From a virus (taxonomy: Duplodnaviria > Caudoviricetes): a stretch of DNA of 30,637 nt. This document shows positions 14,025 to 24,208 of the stretch, piece by piece; position 1 is the first letter of the stretch, and the number at the start of each line of letters is the position of its first letter. The translations under genes and the position numbers were made by a program. The notes under the pieces are model-generated. The model did not search any database. It saw only the letters and a program-made list of their open reading frames with translations, and was not told where the DNA came from. The stretch is taken from the IMG/VR virus record IMGVR_UViG_3300037479_000329, positions 1 through 30,637 of that record. The stretch is one strand, 5' to 3'.

Positions 14025-16781
14025 GTGGTTCGTATTCCCACTTACGAGCGCGGCCGGCCGATCACGGCCACGCAGACCAGCGCCATCCGGGCTACGCCCG
14101 GCATGTTCGATACGGGCGCATCCGCGCGCGCTGCCGCCGGGCAGGCCGTTGCCAGCGCCTTCTCGTCTCTCGGTGCCGCGCTCGGCCAGCAGCAGGCCGA
14201 CAACGACCGGTTGGCGGCCGGGGTCGAGATGTCGAGCTTCGAGGCTTCGCTGCAGAAGGAGATGTTCAGGGTTCTGTCCGAGACGGACCCGAAGGAAAGC
14301 GCCAATCTGGGCGACAAGTTCTTTCCTTTCTTCGACGCGACTGCCGCGCAGGCCATGCAGCGCATCCCGTCGCCGCTGCAGGGCCGTGCCGCCGCGCAGA
14401 TTTCCATCCTGCGCAACCGCTACGATCAGCGGTTGACGCAGGAGTCCCTGAAGCGTGGCTTCGAGGCGGCAGAGCATTTTCTCAATGAGCAGGCTGCCAA
14501 TGAGGCGGCTGGCCTGTATGACAACCCGGAAGGCATGGACGATGCCGTTCGTCGCCTGCGGGCGCTCGGTGCGCAGACGCGATTACCACGCTGGCGCGCT
14601 GAAGAAATCTTCGAGAAGAGCTATATCGAGCTGATCAAGGCCGGGCAGCAGGGCTATCTCAAGCGCAACGATCTTGAGGGTGCCGACGAGTTCGTCAAGA
14701 AGTATATCCATCTCGCGCCCGTGCTCGGAATCGATACGCAAATCCCGGGATCGGCGCCGCTCGTGCCAGTCGAGCCGGAGACGCATGGCGGCCGTCCCGG
14801 GTCGAGCCCGCGCGCGCTTCTGTCGCCGCATGATCGCGATGATGTCATCCGCACCATCCATGTGGAGGCGCGGGCATCTGCGGCAGGGCGCGAGAGTGTC
14901 GCTCACGTCATCCGCAATCGCGTGGTGTCGGGACGCTATCCGAGAACGGCCGGCGAGGTCGTGCGGCAGGCAGGCCAGTTTACCGGCCGTCAGCTGCATC
15001 CGGACCGGATGGCCAGCATCGGTCCAGGTCATCCCAGCTATGAAGCCATCGGACAGATCGTCGATCGTGTCTTCGCGGGCGAGGTGAAGGACATCACCAA
15101 GGGGGCGACGCATTTCTACTCGCCGAGCGGCATGGCTCGATATGTCCAGGAGGGGCTCGCTGCATCGGAAACCCCTCCATGGGCTCGCGGCAGTCCTCGC
15201 CTGGCCAATATCGGTGGCCATTACTTTCATGCGCCGCATGGTCGCGTCGGTATTGTGGAGACGACGGCCGAGCCGGAGCCGGCCAGGAGCATCATGACAT
15301 TCGGTCAGGACAGCGTTCGTGTGCTGTCCGAGATCGACCCTGCCGCTCCCGAGGTCCTGCGGGCGATCGCGGCGCCGCCGTCGCAGGAGCCTGCTCCGCC
15401 GCCGCAAGAGCCCGGGTTGCCGGCTCCCGACCGAACGGACAGGGTTGTGGTGACGGATGTTCCGGCGCGCGCTCCCGATGCCGGGCAATTGCGCGTGACC
15501 GGGCTGAGGGGCGCGGCGGTCGATCGTGCCTCGCGCTGGAATACGATCATGCGCGGGCTGGAGGCCGAGCGCAACAAGGCGGCGGCCCGCATCCGTGCCG
15601 AGCAGGAAGGAGAGCGCAGGCTTTTGCAGAGCGACATGGAAGGCAACATCGTCGCCGCGCAGGAGGGATTACCGGAGAAGCCCGATATCATCGAGCGAGC
15701 CGCCAGGCTGCTGCAGCCGGAATCCATCGAGCTGTACCAGCGCCAGATCGAGGCGGCCCGTCATTATGGAGCGGTAATGACCGGCTTCGAGTCTCTCTCG
15801 CCGGAGGAGCGGTCGAGGGCTCTGCAGCGCCTCTATCCTGTCGATGGCGGCGGCGACTTGCCATTCCGGCTGAAGCTCTATCAGCAGGGAGTTGCCAGAG
15901 CCAACAAGATCGACGAGCAGGATGCGCGGACAGCCAAGGAGTATGCCGACGAGATTCTCAAGCGCGCCTATGTCAGCCGCCGCTCCGGCGAGATGTCGCG
16001 CGAGGCGATCGAGCAGCTCATTCCCTACGCGACGCCCGCCGAGATGCGGGAGCTGCTCAAGTACCGCCCGCAACCGAGATACGACCAGGTGCGCAGCTTC
16101 ATTCACGAGAAGCTGTCGCCACGCAATTTCCCGTTCGCGCAAGGGCTGCTGACGGCGGAGCTGGCTTCGGCACAGCGTAATGCCCTGCAGGAGTACGATT
16201 TATGGGAGCGCCAGTTTCCGGACGCGGACCTGACCGAGCATATGATCATGGCCGAGGGCATCTTCCGCCGCCATGCCGGCGCGCTTCTGCAATCGGGGCA
16301 GACCCGGGCCTCGATCGGGCTTGTTCCTTACTTCGGGTCCATCGATCTGGCCGCCGTCACGATGGACCATGTGCAGGCGGCCAGAAGCCGCCTGGCCGAG
16401 GATACGCTCGCCGGCCGCGTCAGCCGCGAGCTGGCTACGCATTACTATTTCCGGCTGCAGGAATGGGAGAAGCTTCTGACCATGACGCCTCCGCTCCAGG
16501 GCGCGCCCGGGGGAGCACGCCCGCAGCAGCGGTCCGGCTCGTCCTTCCTGCCGCCATCCAAGGAGGGGGCTCAGGACGAGGCACAGAGGCCCGCCGGTGC
16601 GCCAGCCGCGCTGCCGGGCACATCCCAGGAGGCGCCACGGAATGACGCGCCAGCAGCCACGCCAGCCGATCCTGGGCCGATCCCAAGCCCCGGCCCTCTA
16701 CCATTCCTGGGCGGGCTTTCCCTGATCCCTCTGATCTCTCGCTATCTGCAGGACCGGAATGCCAATAGCCGACGACCATGA
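14025..16781 (+). CDS. Internal virion protein with a SleB/Hydrolase_2-like peptidoglycan hydrolase domain
   Basis: RIPTY N-terminus. RTIHVEAR...VAHVIRNRV...YP....VVRQ..QF...DITKGATHFY...PPWA...IGGHYF at about 14835-15230. Confidence 0.85.
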   Translation: MVRIPTYERGRPITATQTSAIRATPGMFDTGASARAAAGQAVASAFSSLGAALGQQQADNDRLAAGVEMSSFEASLQKEMFRVLSETDPKESANLGDKFFPFFDATAAQAMQRIPSPLQGRAAAQISILRNRYDQRLTQESLKRGFEAAEHFLNEQAANEAAGLYDNPEGMDDAVRRLRALGAQTRLPRWRAEEIFEKSYIELIKAGQQGYLKRNDLEGADEFVKKYIHLAPVLGIDTQIPGSAPLVPVEPETHGGRPGSSPRALLSPHDRDDVIRTIHVEARASAAGRESVAHVIRNRVVSGRYPRTAGEVVRQAGQFTGRQLHPDRMASIGPGHPSYEAIGQIVDRVFAGEVKDITKGATHFYSPSGMARYVQEGLAASETPPWARGSPRLANIGGHYFHAPHGRVGIVETTAEPEPARSIMTFGQDSVRVLSEIDPAAPEVLRAIAAPPSQEPAPPPQEPGLPAPDRTDRVVVTDVPARAPDAGQLRVTGLRGAAVDRASRWNTIMRGLEAERNKAAARIRAEQEGERRLLQSDMEGNIVAAQEGLPEKPDIIERAARLLQPESIELYQRQIEAARHYGAVMTGFESLSPEERSRALQRLYPVDGGGDLPFRLKLYQQGVARANKIDEQDARTAKEYADEILKRAYVSRRSGEMSREAIEQLIPYATPAEMRELLKYRPQPRYDQVRSFIHEKLSPRNFPFAQGLLTAELASAQRNALQEYDLWERQFPDADLTEHMIMAEGIFRRHAGALLQSGQTRASIGLVPYFGSIDLAAVTMDHVQAARSRLAEDTLAGRVSRELATHYYFRLQEWEKLLTMTPPLQGAPGGARPQQRSGSSFLPPSKEGAQDEAQRPAGAPAALPGTSQEAPRNDAPAATPADPGPIPSPGPLPFLGGLSLIPLISRYLQDRNANSRRP

Positions 16782-19700
16782 GGATTTGAGCACTACCTAT
16801 CTGTCACAGCTTGCCGAGGATCGGCAGGAGGTGGCGCTCGATGCCCTGCTGGCGGGGCGCTCCTCCTCCGCAGCTCTGCCATCTCGCGCTCCGGCGCTGC
16901 CTGATCCTTCCTCGGAAGCGGGCCTTCTGGAGCGTATCGCCGGCATGGCGAGGACCGGCGGGGGCATGGCGGCGGCTGCCGGCACGGATGTGATGCGCGG
17001 CCTGACCGGCGGCCCTGGCGCGGTGGCCGGAGGCATCTATGATGCGGCCTACCATACGATCGGCGCGCTCAATGATCTCGGCAATGCGCTCAACACGCTT
17101 GTTCCGGCCGAGGTGCCGATCGAAGGAATTCCCGCCTGGCTGGCCAACCCGCTCGCGGCCATGCAGCAGGCCATGCCATCGCCGCCAGCGCAGCCCTCCA
17201 GCGTGACCGGGGGCATCATCCGGGCGGCCTCCAGCTTCCTGACCGGGTTTGGCCCGGCCATGCGGGTCGCCGGAGCCACGCTTCCGGCATGGCTGGCGCC
17301 GTCCGTGGCTGGTGGCGTGACCGCCGGGACAGTCATGGACCCGAATACCAGGGGAGTCTCGAACCTGATCCAGTCGGTTCCGTCCCTGGAGAATCCGGTG
17401 ACGGAGTTCCTGGCCACCGATCCGAATGACCCGGCCGCCCTCAACCGGTTGCGACAGGCCGTCGAGGGAGCCGGCTTCGGCCTTTTGGCTGATGCGGTAA
17501 CGAAGGGGCTACGCGCGGTTGCGCTGGGGCGGCAGGCCGCGACGGCCGGCGGAAAGACATCGATCGCGCTGTCTCCGGAGGGTGAGGCCGGGATGATTCG
17601 CGATGCTTTCCTGGCGCCGCCGCAAGCTCCGCTCATGACGGCCGGCAAGAGCCTGAGGGACGCCGAGAGATCGGCCATGGCCTCCATGGGAGTACCGGAC
17701 GATGTGGTGGCAAAAGGTCTGGCTGGTGCGGCAGAGAAAACCCGGCTTGAGGCTGGCCTGCGCCGTACGCTTGGCGTTCCGGTTGTCAGCGAGGGCGGCG
17801 ATCAGACGGTCTATGTCAATTTTGCGCGCATCAATACGACCGACGATATTCATCAGGTGATCCGCGATACGGCGGACGCGTTCAAGGACAGCATCGTCAA
17901 GGCGCAGCGGGGCACGCAGTCGAGCGAGCAGACCGCCCGCCTGGCGGAGCAGCTCGGGCTGTCGGTCGAGCAGGTTCTCGCCCGGCCGACATCGGTTGCC
18001 TGGAATGCCGAGCAGACCTACGCGGCACGCATGATCCTGAATACGTCCGCCCGGGAGCTTCTGGAGCGCGCCAAGGTTGCTGCCCTGCGTCGTGACGACG
18101 AGGCCATCCAGATCGGATTCCGCCGTGCTCTCGCGGTGCATGCCGCCCTGCAGGCGGAGGTGATCGGAGCGCGCACCGAAGCAGCCCGCGCCCTGCGATC
18201 CTGGGCCATTCCGGTCGGCGAGGGCACATCCGTCCTGACAGCCAACATCCGCGACCTGCTGGAGCGGATGGGTGGAGCGCACACCAGCGCGGAGATGGCG
18301 CGCAAGATCGCCATGCTGGAGGGGCTCCCGCCTGGCGCTCTGGCCACGGCGGCCGATCGAGGCGTCATGGCCACGACCTGGGACATGGTGCGCGAGAGCT
18401 ATGTCCTGGGACTGCTGTGGCGGCCGGATACGCATGCGGTCAACTTCATCAGCAATCTCGGTACCATGTATGCCCAGGTCTTCGAGCGCGCGATTGCCGG
18501 GCGTATCTCGCATGCCCTGGGCCGTCCTGACGGCGTGGCCTCCGGCGAGGCCCTGGCCATGGCTTACGGGCAGCTCGCGGCCATCAAGAACGCCGTGCGG
18601 GCGGCATGGCACACGCTGCGGACAGGCGAGCGGTCCGTCGGCACGAAGGTCGATGCGCCGGTCGGTGCCATCTCCTCCGAGGGCGTCATTCGCAGCCGCG
18701 CCATGGGAGCCATCGAGGCCGAGGCCTTTCGCAACAGCGGCATCGGTCGCGCGCTCGATGTCATCGGCGCGATCACGCGATTCCCGGGCCGGGGCCTGGA
18801 GGCGTCAGACGAGCTGTTCAAGACGACGCTCTACTCCGGCGAGGTGGCGGCCCAGGCCGTCAGGCAGGCCACGCGAGAAGGTCGGCAGGGGACCGAATGG
18901 TTCAGGCGGGTCGGGCAGCTTACCAGCCGTCCTCCCGAGCATATCAGGCTCGCAGCCACCGATGCGGCGCGCTATGCCACGTTCCAGTCCGAGGTCGGCA
19001 ACATCGGCCGCGCGCTTGATCATTTTCGCAGCGGAACCTTCAACCCCGTCTTCGAGATTCTTCCCTTCGTTCGCACGCCGGTCAATCTGCTCGGCTACAC
19101 CTTCGAGCGATCGCCGTTCGCTCCCATGGTCAAGGCCTGGCGGGACGATTTCTTTGCCGGCGGCGCCGCGCGCGATCTGGCCATTGCCAGGATGGCCGGC
19201 GGATCGGCCCTGTGGGCCATGGCAGCCGACTATGCCATGAGCGGTTATGTGACCGGCAACGGCCCCAGCAAGCCTGCGGTGAGGGAGACGCTGATGCGAT
19301 CGGGCTGGCAGCCGTTCAGCTTCGTCATTGATGGGAAATATATCCGCTACGATCGCGCCGATCCCTACGCCATGGCATGGTCGACGGCGGCGTCGGTTGC
19401 CGACATGATCAAGTCGAAGGAGCTGGGGCCGGCCGAGGAGGAGGAGGTACGATCGCTGCTGGCGGCGGCGGCCATGGCGATGGGCTCCAGCGTGCTGAAC
19501 AAGACGTGGTTCACGAGCATGGCCAATGTCGTGCAGGCAATCGAGGATCATGGTCGCGTGGGTGGCACCAAGACGTTCGAGAAGCTCATGAGCCGTCAGG
19601 CCGCTGCTCATGTGCCGCTGACGACCGCGCTGCGTGAGGTAAAGGACGTGCTCGATCCGGTCTCGCGCGATCCGCATACGTATTGGCAGCATATCCAGGT

Positions 19701-20286
19701 GCAGATCGCCGGCCTGTCGCAGCGGCTGGCGCCACGCATGGACCTGTGGGGACGCGAGATCGAGCCGCAGGCGGTCTTCGGCCGTCCCTACGATATCCTG
19801 TCCCCGGCCCGAGCCAGCCAATGGAAGCCGGAGCCGATCGACCAGGAGATGTCCGAGCTGGGGATCGGTCACGAGCGTATCCGCATGGTCACGTCATTCA
19901 ACGGCGTTCCGATGGATTTTACCCGGCATCCCGAGGTCTATGAATATTATGTCAAGCGTGCCGGAGAGCCAGCGTTGCGCTTCCTCAACGACATGGTGAC
20001 CGGCAAGGGGCCGCTGAGCATACATTATGCGATGGCGACCGATGGACCCGAGGGCGGCAAGGCCCAGCTCATCAAGCGCCTGATCACCGATTTTCGTCAT
20101 CTCGCGGCGCAGGACATCCTGCTGGCCAGGCAGCACGAGTTTCCTGATTTCATTGCCGGCTATCGTCGCGCGCAGCGGGAGAAGCTGGGGCGACGCGCGC
20201 CGTTCCCGATCCCCGGCGGCATCCCTGAGATTCCCCTTCCGCAGATCGGCGGAGGTGGTATTACTGTCCCCGGAGCGCAGCCATGA
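16759..20286 (+). CDS. Large internal virion (DNA ejection) protein
   Basis: 1175 aa, helical, with LPFVRTPVN..YTFERSP, G.VTGNGP and GWQPFS motifs. Located before the tail fibre. Confidence 0.8.
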   Translation: MPIADDHEDLSTTYLSQLAEDRQEVALDALLAGRSSSAALPSRAPALPDPSSEAGLLERIAGMARTGGGMAAAAGTDVMRGLTGGPGAVAGGIYDAAYHTIGALNDLGNALNTLVPAEVPIEGIPAWLANPLAAMQQAMPSPPAQPSSVTGGIIRAASSFLTGFGPAMRVAGATLPAWLAPSVAGGVTAGTVMDPNTRGVSNLIQSVPSLENPVTEFLATDPNDPAALNRLRQAVEGAGFGLLADAVTKGLRAVALGRQAATAGGKTSIALSPEGEAGMIRDAFLAPPQAPLMTAGKSLRDAERSAMASMGVPDDVVAKGLAGAAEKTRLEAGLRRTLGVPVVSEGGDQTVYVNFARINTTDDIHQVIRDTADAFKDSIVKAQRGTQSSEQTARLAEQLGLSVEQVLARPTSVAWNAEQTYAARMILNTSARELLERAKVAALRRDDEAIQIGFRRALAVHAALQAEVIGARTEAARALRSWAIPVGEGTSVLTANIRDLLERMGGAHTSAEMARKIAMLEGLPPGALATAADRGVMATTWDMVRESYVLGLLWRPDTHAVNFISNLGTMYAQVFERAIAGRISHALGRPDGVASGEALAMAYGQLAAIKNAVRAAWHTLRTGERSVGTKVDAPVGAISSEGVIRSRAMGAIEAEAFRNSGIGRALDVIGAITRFPGRGLEASDELFKTTLYSGEVAAQAVRQATREGRQGTEWFRRVGQLTSRPPEHIRLAATDAARYATFQSEVGNIGRALDHFRSGTFNPVFEILPFVRTPVNLLGYTFERSPFAPMVKAWRDDFFAGGAARDLAIARMAGGSALWAMAADYAMSGYVTGNGPSKPAVRETLMRSGWQPFSFVIDGKYIRYDRADPYAMAWSTAASVADMIKSKELGPAEEEEVRSLLAAAAMAMGSSVLNKTWFTSMANVVQAIEDHGRVGGTKTFEKLMSRQAAAHVPLTTALREVKDVLDPVSRDPHTYWQHIQVQIAGLSQRLAPRMDLWGREIEPQAVFGRPYDILSPARASQWKPEPIDQEMSELGIGHERIRMVTSFNGVPMDFTRHPEVYEYYVKRAGEPALRFLNDMVTGKGPLSIHYAMATDGPEGGKAQLIKRLITDFRHLAAQDILLARQHEFPDFIAGYRRAQREKLGRRAPFPIPGGIPEIPLPQIGGGGITVPGAQP

Positions 20287-21836
20287 CCGTTACCTCCGAC
20301 CTCGCCCGCGCGGACCATCTCGGCAATGGCGTGCGCACGACCTTCTCGACCGGCTTTGCGTTCCTGCAGAACAGCGATGTGCTCGTGATCCATGTCGCGA
20401 CCGGCGGCGCCGAGACGCCATGGACGGAAGGGACGCATTATACGCTCACGGGAGCCGATACCGGATTGCCAGGCACGATCACGGTCCGGACCTCGCCGAC
20501 GAACTACACGCCGCAACTGGGCGAGCGGCTGACCGTCCTGCGCAGGATCGCCTTGGTGCAGCCGCTGAGCGGAGACGAGCTGGCATCCTTGACGGCCGGC
20601 GACCTGGAGGTGATCTTCGACGGCATCGTCCACGCCCTGCAGATGCAGCAGGAGATTCTGAGCCGCGCTGTGATCGGCCCCCCTGGCGCGGGCGGCGTGC
20701 CGACCAGCTTCTCCTCATGGTATCCGCTCTGGCGGCTGGTCGGTGACGGCGAGCGGCGGATCGTGCAAATCCAGGACTGGGCTGGTGGAACCGGCACCAA
20801 GCCGCCCACCGGCTATCTCGGCGCCTTCGGGGTCGTGGCCAACGTGGCAGATGCCGTCGACCTGCGCGGATCGCCAGGCTCGGCAACCGGCCTGCAGCCA
20901 GGCAACAATCTGAGCGACCTGACGAATCGCGCGCTCGCGTTCCTCACCCTCGTGCAGGGTGCCGGCGTGCGGGAGGCGCGCGGTGGCGCCTATCTCAACA
21001 TCGAGAGCTTCGATCCGCATGGCGATTCGGATTACATCATCCCGGCCACATCCCGCGTGGTCGGGACGGTCGAGGACTTGACGGCGCCGCGTACATGGAC
21101 GCTGCCAAGTGCTGCGGCCCTGAACCCCGGGCAGGAGCTGCTTGTCGCCGACTTCCGAGGCACGCTGACGCTCGCCAATACGCTCACGCTGGCGCGCGCC
21201 GGCTCCGATACCATCAACGGAGGAGCTTCCGTCGTGCTGACGGTGCCGCACAGCGGCGTTCGCTTCACGAGCGATGGCGTGTCGAGGTGGAACACGCAGC
21301 TCCTGTCCGTCTCCGCGCAATCGCTGCTCGATACGATCGGCATCACGCGCGGCTCGCTTCTCTACCGGGGCAATGCCGGATGGGCGACCTTGGCCCCCGG
21401 CACATCAGGTCTCGTGCTCAAGTCCAATGGTCCCGGGGCCGATCCGAGCTATCAGGCCGATGCCTTCACGGCCGCCTCGCAAGCCGAGACCGCCGCGCAA
21501 TCGGACAACACCAAGGCCATCACGCCTCTTGTCGGCCGCCATCTGCCCGGCGTTGCCAAGGCCCTGTGCCGTTACGAGGTCAATGTCGGCATTGTGGCGG
21601 CCGTGAACGTTGCCAGCGTCACCGATAACGGCGTGGGAGACTGGACATTCAATCTCACGACCGCGCTCGCGTCGGCCAACTTCCATGCCAACGCCATCGC
21701 GGAGCACGCGACCGTCAAGTGCTTCGTGCAGATTCACTCGCGCACGACCTCGACCGTGCGCGTGCTCTGCTTCGATCACGCCGGCACGGCCGCCGATCCA
21801 TCCTTCGTCGATCTTGAGGTGTGGGGTACTTTATGA
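20283..21836 (+). CDS. Tail fibre protein
   Basis: T7 gp17-like N-terminal anchor (GNGVRTTFS..F.F....DVLV), NNLSDL motif, TWTLP...DTING module, C-terminal NVASVTDNGVGD domain. Confidence 0.88.
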   Translation: MTVTSDLARADHLGNGVRTTFSTGFAFLQNSDVLVIHVATGGAETPWTEGTHYTLTGADTGLPGTITVRTSPTNYTPQLGERLTVLRRIALVQPLSGDELASLTAGDLEVIFDGIVHALQMQQEILSRAVIGPPGAGGVPTSFSSWYPLWRLVGDGERRIVQIQDWAGGTGTKPPTGYLGAFGVVANVADAVDLRGSPGSATGLQPGNNLSDLTNRALAFLTLVQGAGVREARGGAYLNIESFDPHGDSDYIIPATSRVVGTVEDLTAPRTWTLPSAAALNPGQELLVADFRGTLTLANTLTLARAGSDTINGGASVVLTVPHSGVRFTSDGVSRWNTQLLSVSAQSLLDTIGITRGSLLYRGNAGWATLAPGTSGLVLKSNGPGADPSYQADAFTAASQAETAAQSDNTKAITPLVGRHLPGVAKALCRYEVNVGIVAAVNVASVTDNGVGDWTFNLTTALASANFHANAIAEHATVKCFVQIHSRTTSTVRVLCFDHAGTAADPSFVDLEVWGTL

Positions 21837-22198
21837 GATATGCCTATGAGCGCGCAGATGGCGGCGTGTCCATCATCCGCTTCGCGCCGAGATCGTGCAT
21901 CGAGGCCGATCTCGGCAAGGCGCTTGACGAGATCGAGTACCGGTCGTTCGTCCTGGCCGCCAGCCATCTCCCGCGCGAGATCGGCTCCGTCGTGCGTGTC
22001 GATCAGGACATCGATCCGGCCCTCCGGGAAGCTCTGGTGATCCGGGGCGGCCGGATCGAGATCGATCTCGACAAGGCCCGCAGGATCGCGGCCGACAGGA
22101 TCACGCGTGGGGGATCGGGACCGATGCGGGCCAATATCGAGAACGAGCTGGCGCAGCTCGATACGATCGGCGCCATCAAGGCGAGGATGCGGGCATGA
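21833..22198 (+). CDS. Putative tail fibre assembly/accessory protein
   Basis: ATGA-coupled to the fibre. DGGVSII and IEIDLDKARRI motifs. Confidence 0.6.
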   Translation: MRYAYERADGGVSIIRFAPRSCIEADLGKALDEIEYRSFVLAASHLPREIGSVVRVDQDIDPALREALVIRGGRIEIDLDKARRIAADRITRGGSGPMRANIENELAQLDTIGAIKARMRA

Positions 22199-22479
22199 GG
22201 CTCGTCCCTGGGAATATCGCGATCATGACGGTCGATGCCATCCAGGCCGATGCCGGGCCGGCACGGCGGCTCACGATTCAAGATACGCCGCCGCGCGACA
22301 CGCTGCTGACGCAGATGAACGATGCGATCGCGGAAGCCGCCATGCCGGCGCGCGAGCGGGCGTTCCTGGAGGAGGCGGCCGCCATGGTGGCCGATGGCGA
22401 GGCCGTCGTCACGCCGCGCATGCTGGCATGCCTTCAGCGCCGTATTCGCGATCGGCCGTCCGGATCGGTGCTGCCATGA
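22195..22479 (+). CDS. Hypothetical protein
   Basis: 94 aa, ATGA overlaps at both ends. Confidence 0.6.
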   Translation: MRLVPGNIAIMTVDAIQADAGPARRLTIQDTPPRDTLLTQMNDAIAEAAMPARERAFLEEAAAMVADGEAVVTPRMLACLQRRIRDRPSGSVLP

Positions 22480-23165
22480 CAGCCATCGGCTCCTTCAGCC
22501 AGGCGGCCCCCCGCATCATGGAGACCCTGATCCGTACCCTCGGGATCGGCAAGGATGACGCGGCTGCCATTCTCGGCAATCTCGGCCATGAGACGGGAGG
22601 GTTCCAGCATCTGCAGGAGCTGCGTCCGACGGCCGGCCGGGGCGGCTACGGAATTGCGCAGTGGACCGGACCCCGGCGCGTCGCCTTCGAGAGGTGGGCA
22701 GCAGCTCGCGGCCTCTCCCAGGACTCCCTGGAGGCCAATACCGGATTCCTGCTGCACGAGCTGCAGACGACGGAGGCTCAGTCCCTGGTTGCCCTGCGCA
22801 ATGCGGGCTCGCTGTGGGACAAGACGGTCGCCTTCGAGACGGCGTTCGAGCGGGCCGGCATCAAGGCACATGCGAGCCGCTACAAATGGGCGCAGCGTGC
22901 GCTTTCGGCCTATGCTGGCGGCTCGGCGACCGTCGAGATCGGAGCCGGCGGGGCCGGCGGCGCCGGGGCCGGCGGCGTGGCGATGGAGGCCGGCCTTCCA
23001 TGGTGGGGCGCCATGCTGATCTCCGCCGCCGTCCTGATCCTGGTGGTGGTGGTTGTGCGCAAGCTGCGTGCGCGCCGGAAGCCGCCGGCCCCGATCGATC
23101 TCTCCCCGGACGCGCTGGCCAGGATTGCCGGCATGATGGGGCAGAAAGACAAGGAGGCACGATGA
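22476..23165 (+). CDS. Endolysin (phage tail lysozyme-like domain) with a C-terminal transmembrane anchor
   Basis: AAAILGNLGHETGG, GYGIAQWTGPRR, F...FERAG motifs, then a Gly linker, hydrophobic helix and RKLRARRK. Start at ATG 22476 (ATGA overlap). Confidence 0.88.
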   Translation: MTAIGSFSQAAPRIMETLIRTLGIGKDDAAAILGNLGHETGGFQHLQELRPTAGRGGYGIAQWTGPRRVAFERWAAARGLSQDSLEANTGFLLHELQTTEAQSLVALRNAGSLWDKTVAFETAFERAGIKAHASRYKWAQRALSAYAGGSATVEIGAGGAGGAGAGGVAMEAGLPWWGAMLISAAVLILVVVVVRKLRARRKPPAPIDLSPDALARIAGMMGQKDKEAR

Positions 23166-23479
23166 TGGAGGTGCTCATACAGGTCATGGTGGCGGCAACC
23201 GTTCTGGCCGTCCTGGCGCTGGCCATCTGGTCCGTGATGACATGGGCGTGGGGCAGCGATACATCGGTCATCGAGCGGCTGCGCGGCATCCGCACGCTTG
23301 CGGCAGGAGCCTTGACGACCGGGACGGGTATCGCCATGACCGTCCTGCAGGAGGTCTACGCGCTCGACTTGAGCCTGATCGTGCCGGCTCAATGGCTGCC
23401 CTACATCCTCTTCGGTCTCGGGCTGGCAACCATCCTGCTTCGCATCGCGACACATACGTCCGTCGGGCATGGGGACTGA
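23162..23479 (+). CDS. Holin-like membrane protein (about 3 TM)
   Basis: AAGGAGG SD, 105 aa, three hydrophobic segments, follows the endolysin. Confidence 0.7.
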   Translation: MMEVLIQVMVAATVLAVLALAIWSVMTWAWGSDTSVIERLRGIRTLAAGALTTGTGIAMTVLQEVYALDLSLIVPAQWLPYILFGLGLATILLRIATHTSVGHGD

Positions 23480-23484
23480 CGGAG

Positions 23485-23862
23485 ATGGCATTCCCGTTTG
23501 CAATCCTGCTCGGGCTGATCGATCCCGTTGCCAGGATCACGGAGCAGATCGTCAAGGCCAGGGCGCTGACGCTCGATGCCGCCACGCAGCAGGAGAAGAT
23601 CAGGAGCGAGGAGCGCGTCAAGTCACTGGAGGCCAGGCGCGATGTCTTGATCGCCGAGAGCGGGAGCAGGATCAACTCGCTTGTTCGCCTCGGATTTGCC
23701 CTGCCGTTCCTGGCCTATAACGGCAAGCTCGTCGTCTGGGACAAGATTCTCGGGCTCGGCTCGACGGACCCGCTGTCCGAGCATCTGATGATGATCGAGG
23801 GGCTGACCCTGTCGTTTTATTTCATGCACGACATCGTGCGGACATGGAGAGGAAGGGCATGA
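23485..23862 (+). CDS. Second holin-like membrane protein
   Basis: Hydrophobic N-terminus, charged helix, KLVVWDKILGLGSTDPL..., SFYF C-terminus. Confidence 0.7.
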   Translation: MAFPFAILLGLIDPVARITEQIVKARALTLDAATQQEKIRSEERVKSLEARRDVLIAESGSRINSLVRLGFALPFLAYNGKLVVWDKILGLGSTDPLSEHLMMIEGLTLSFYFMHDIVRTWRGRA

Positions 23863-24206
23863 TGCGGATCGAGCCCAGCGTGCGCGTCGGCGACCTGATC
23901 TCTGTGGCCGGCTTCATCATTGCCATCGTCGCCGGGTATTACTCGATCAAGATCGAGATCGGCCTGATCGAGCACGAGGTCACCGGCATCCGGGCCACGA
24001 TACGCCAGATCAGCGGGTCGGTCGAGGCCATGGCTCAGGCCATGACGAAGCTTGCCGTCACGGAGACGCGGCTGAACCGCATCGAGATGGATATCGGCCG
24101 GCTGGAGGACGGGCACAGCAAGCTGCGGGACAGGATCGACGGTCCTTATCTCTATCCGCCCGTGCCGTGGTCTCCTCCTGTTGCCGCCCCTCCTCCCCAG
24201 CCATGA
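23859..24206 (+). CDS. Membrane-anchored coiled-coil protein of the lysis region
   Basis: One N-terminal TM, heptad region, Pro-rich tail. ATGA-coupled. Confidence 0.65.
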   Translation: MMRIEPSVRVGDLISVAGFIIAIVAGYYSIKIEIGLIEHEVTGIRATIRQISGSVEAMAQAMTKLAVTETRLNRIEMDIGRLEDGHSKLRDRIDGPYLYPPVPWSPPVAAPPPQP

Positions 24207-24208
24207 CC

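Noticed and set aside
23162-23167. Holin/antiholin dual-start motif
   Set aside because: Met-Met with no intervening basic residue; ATGATG starts recur at several coupled genes here.
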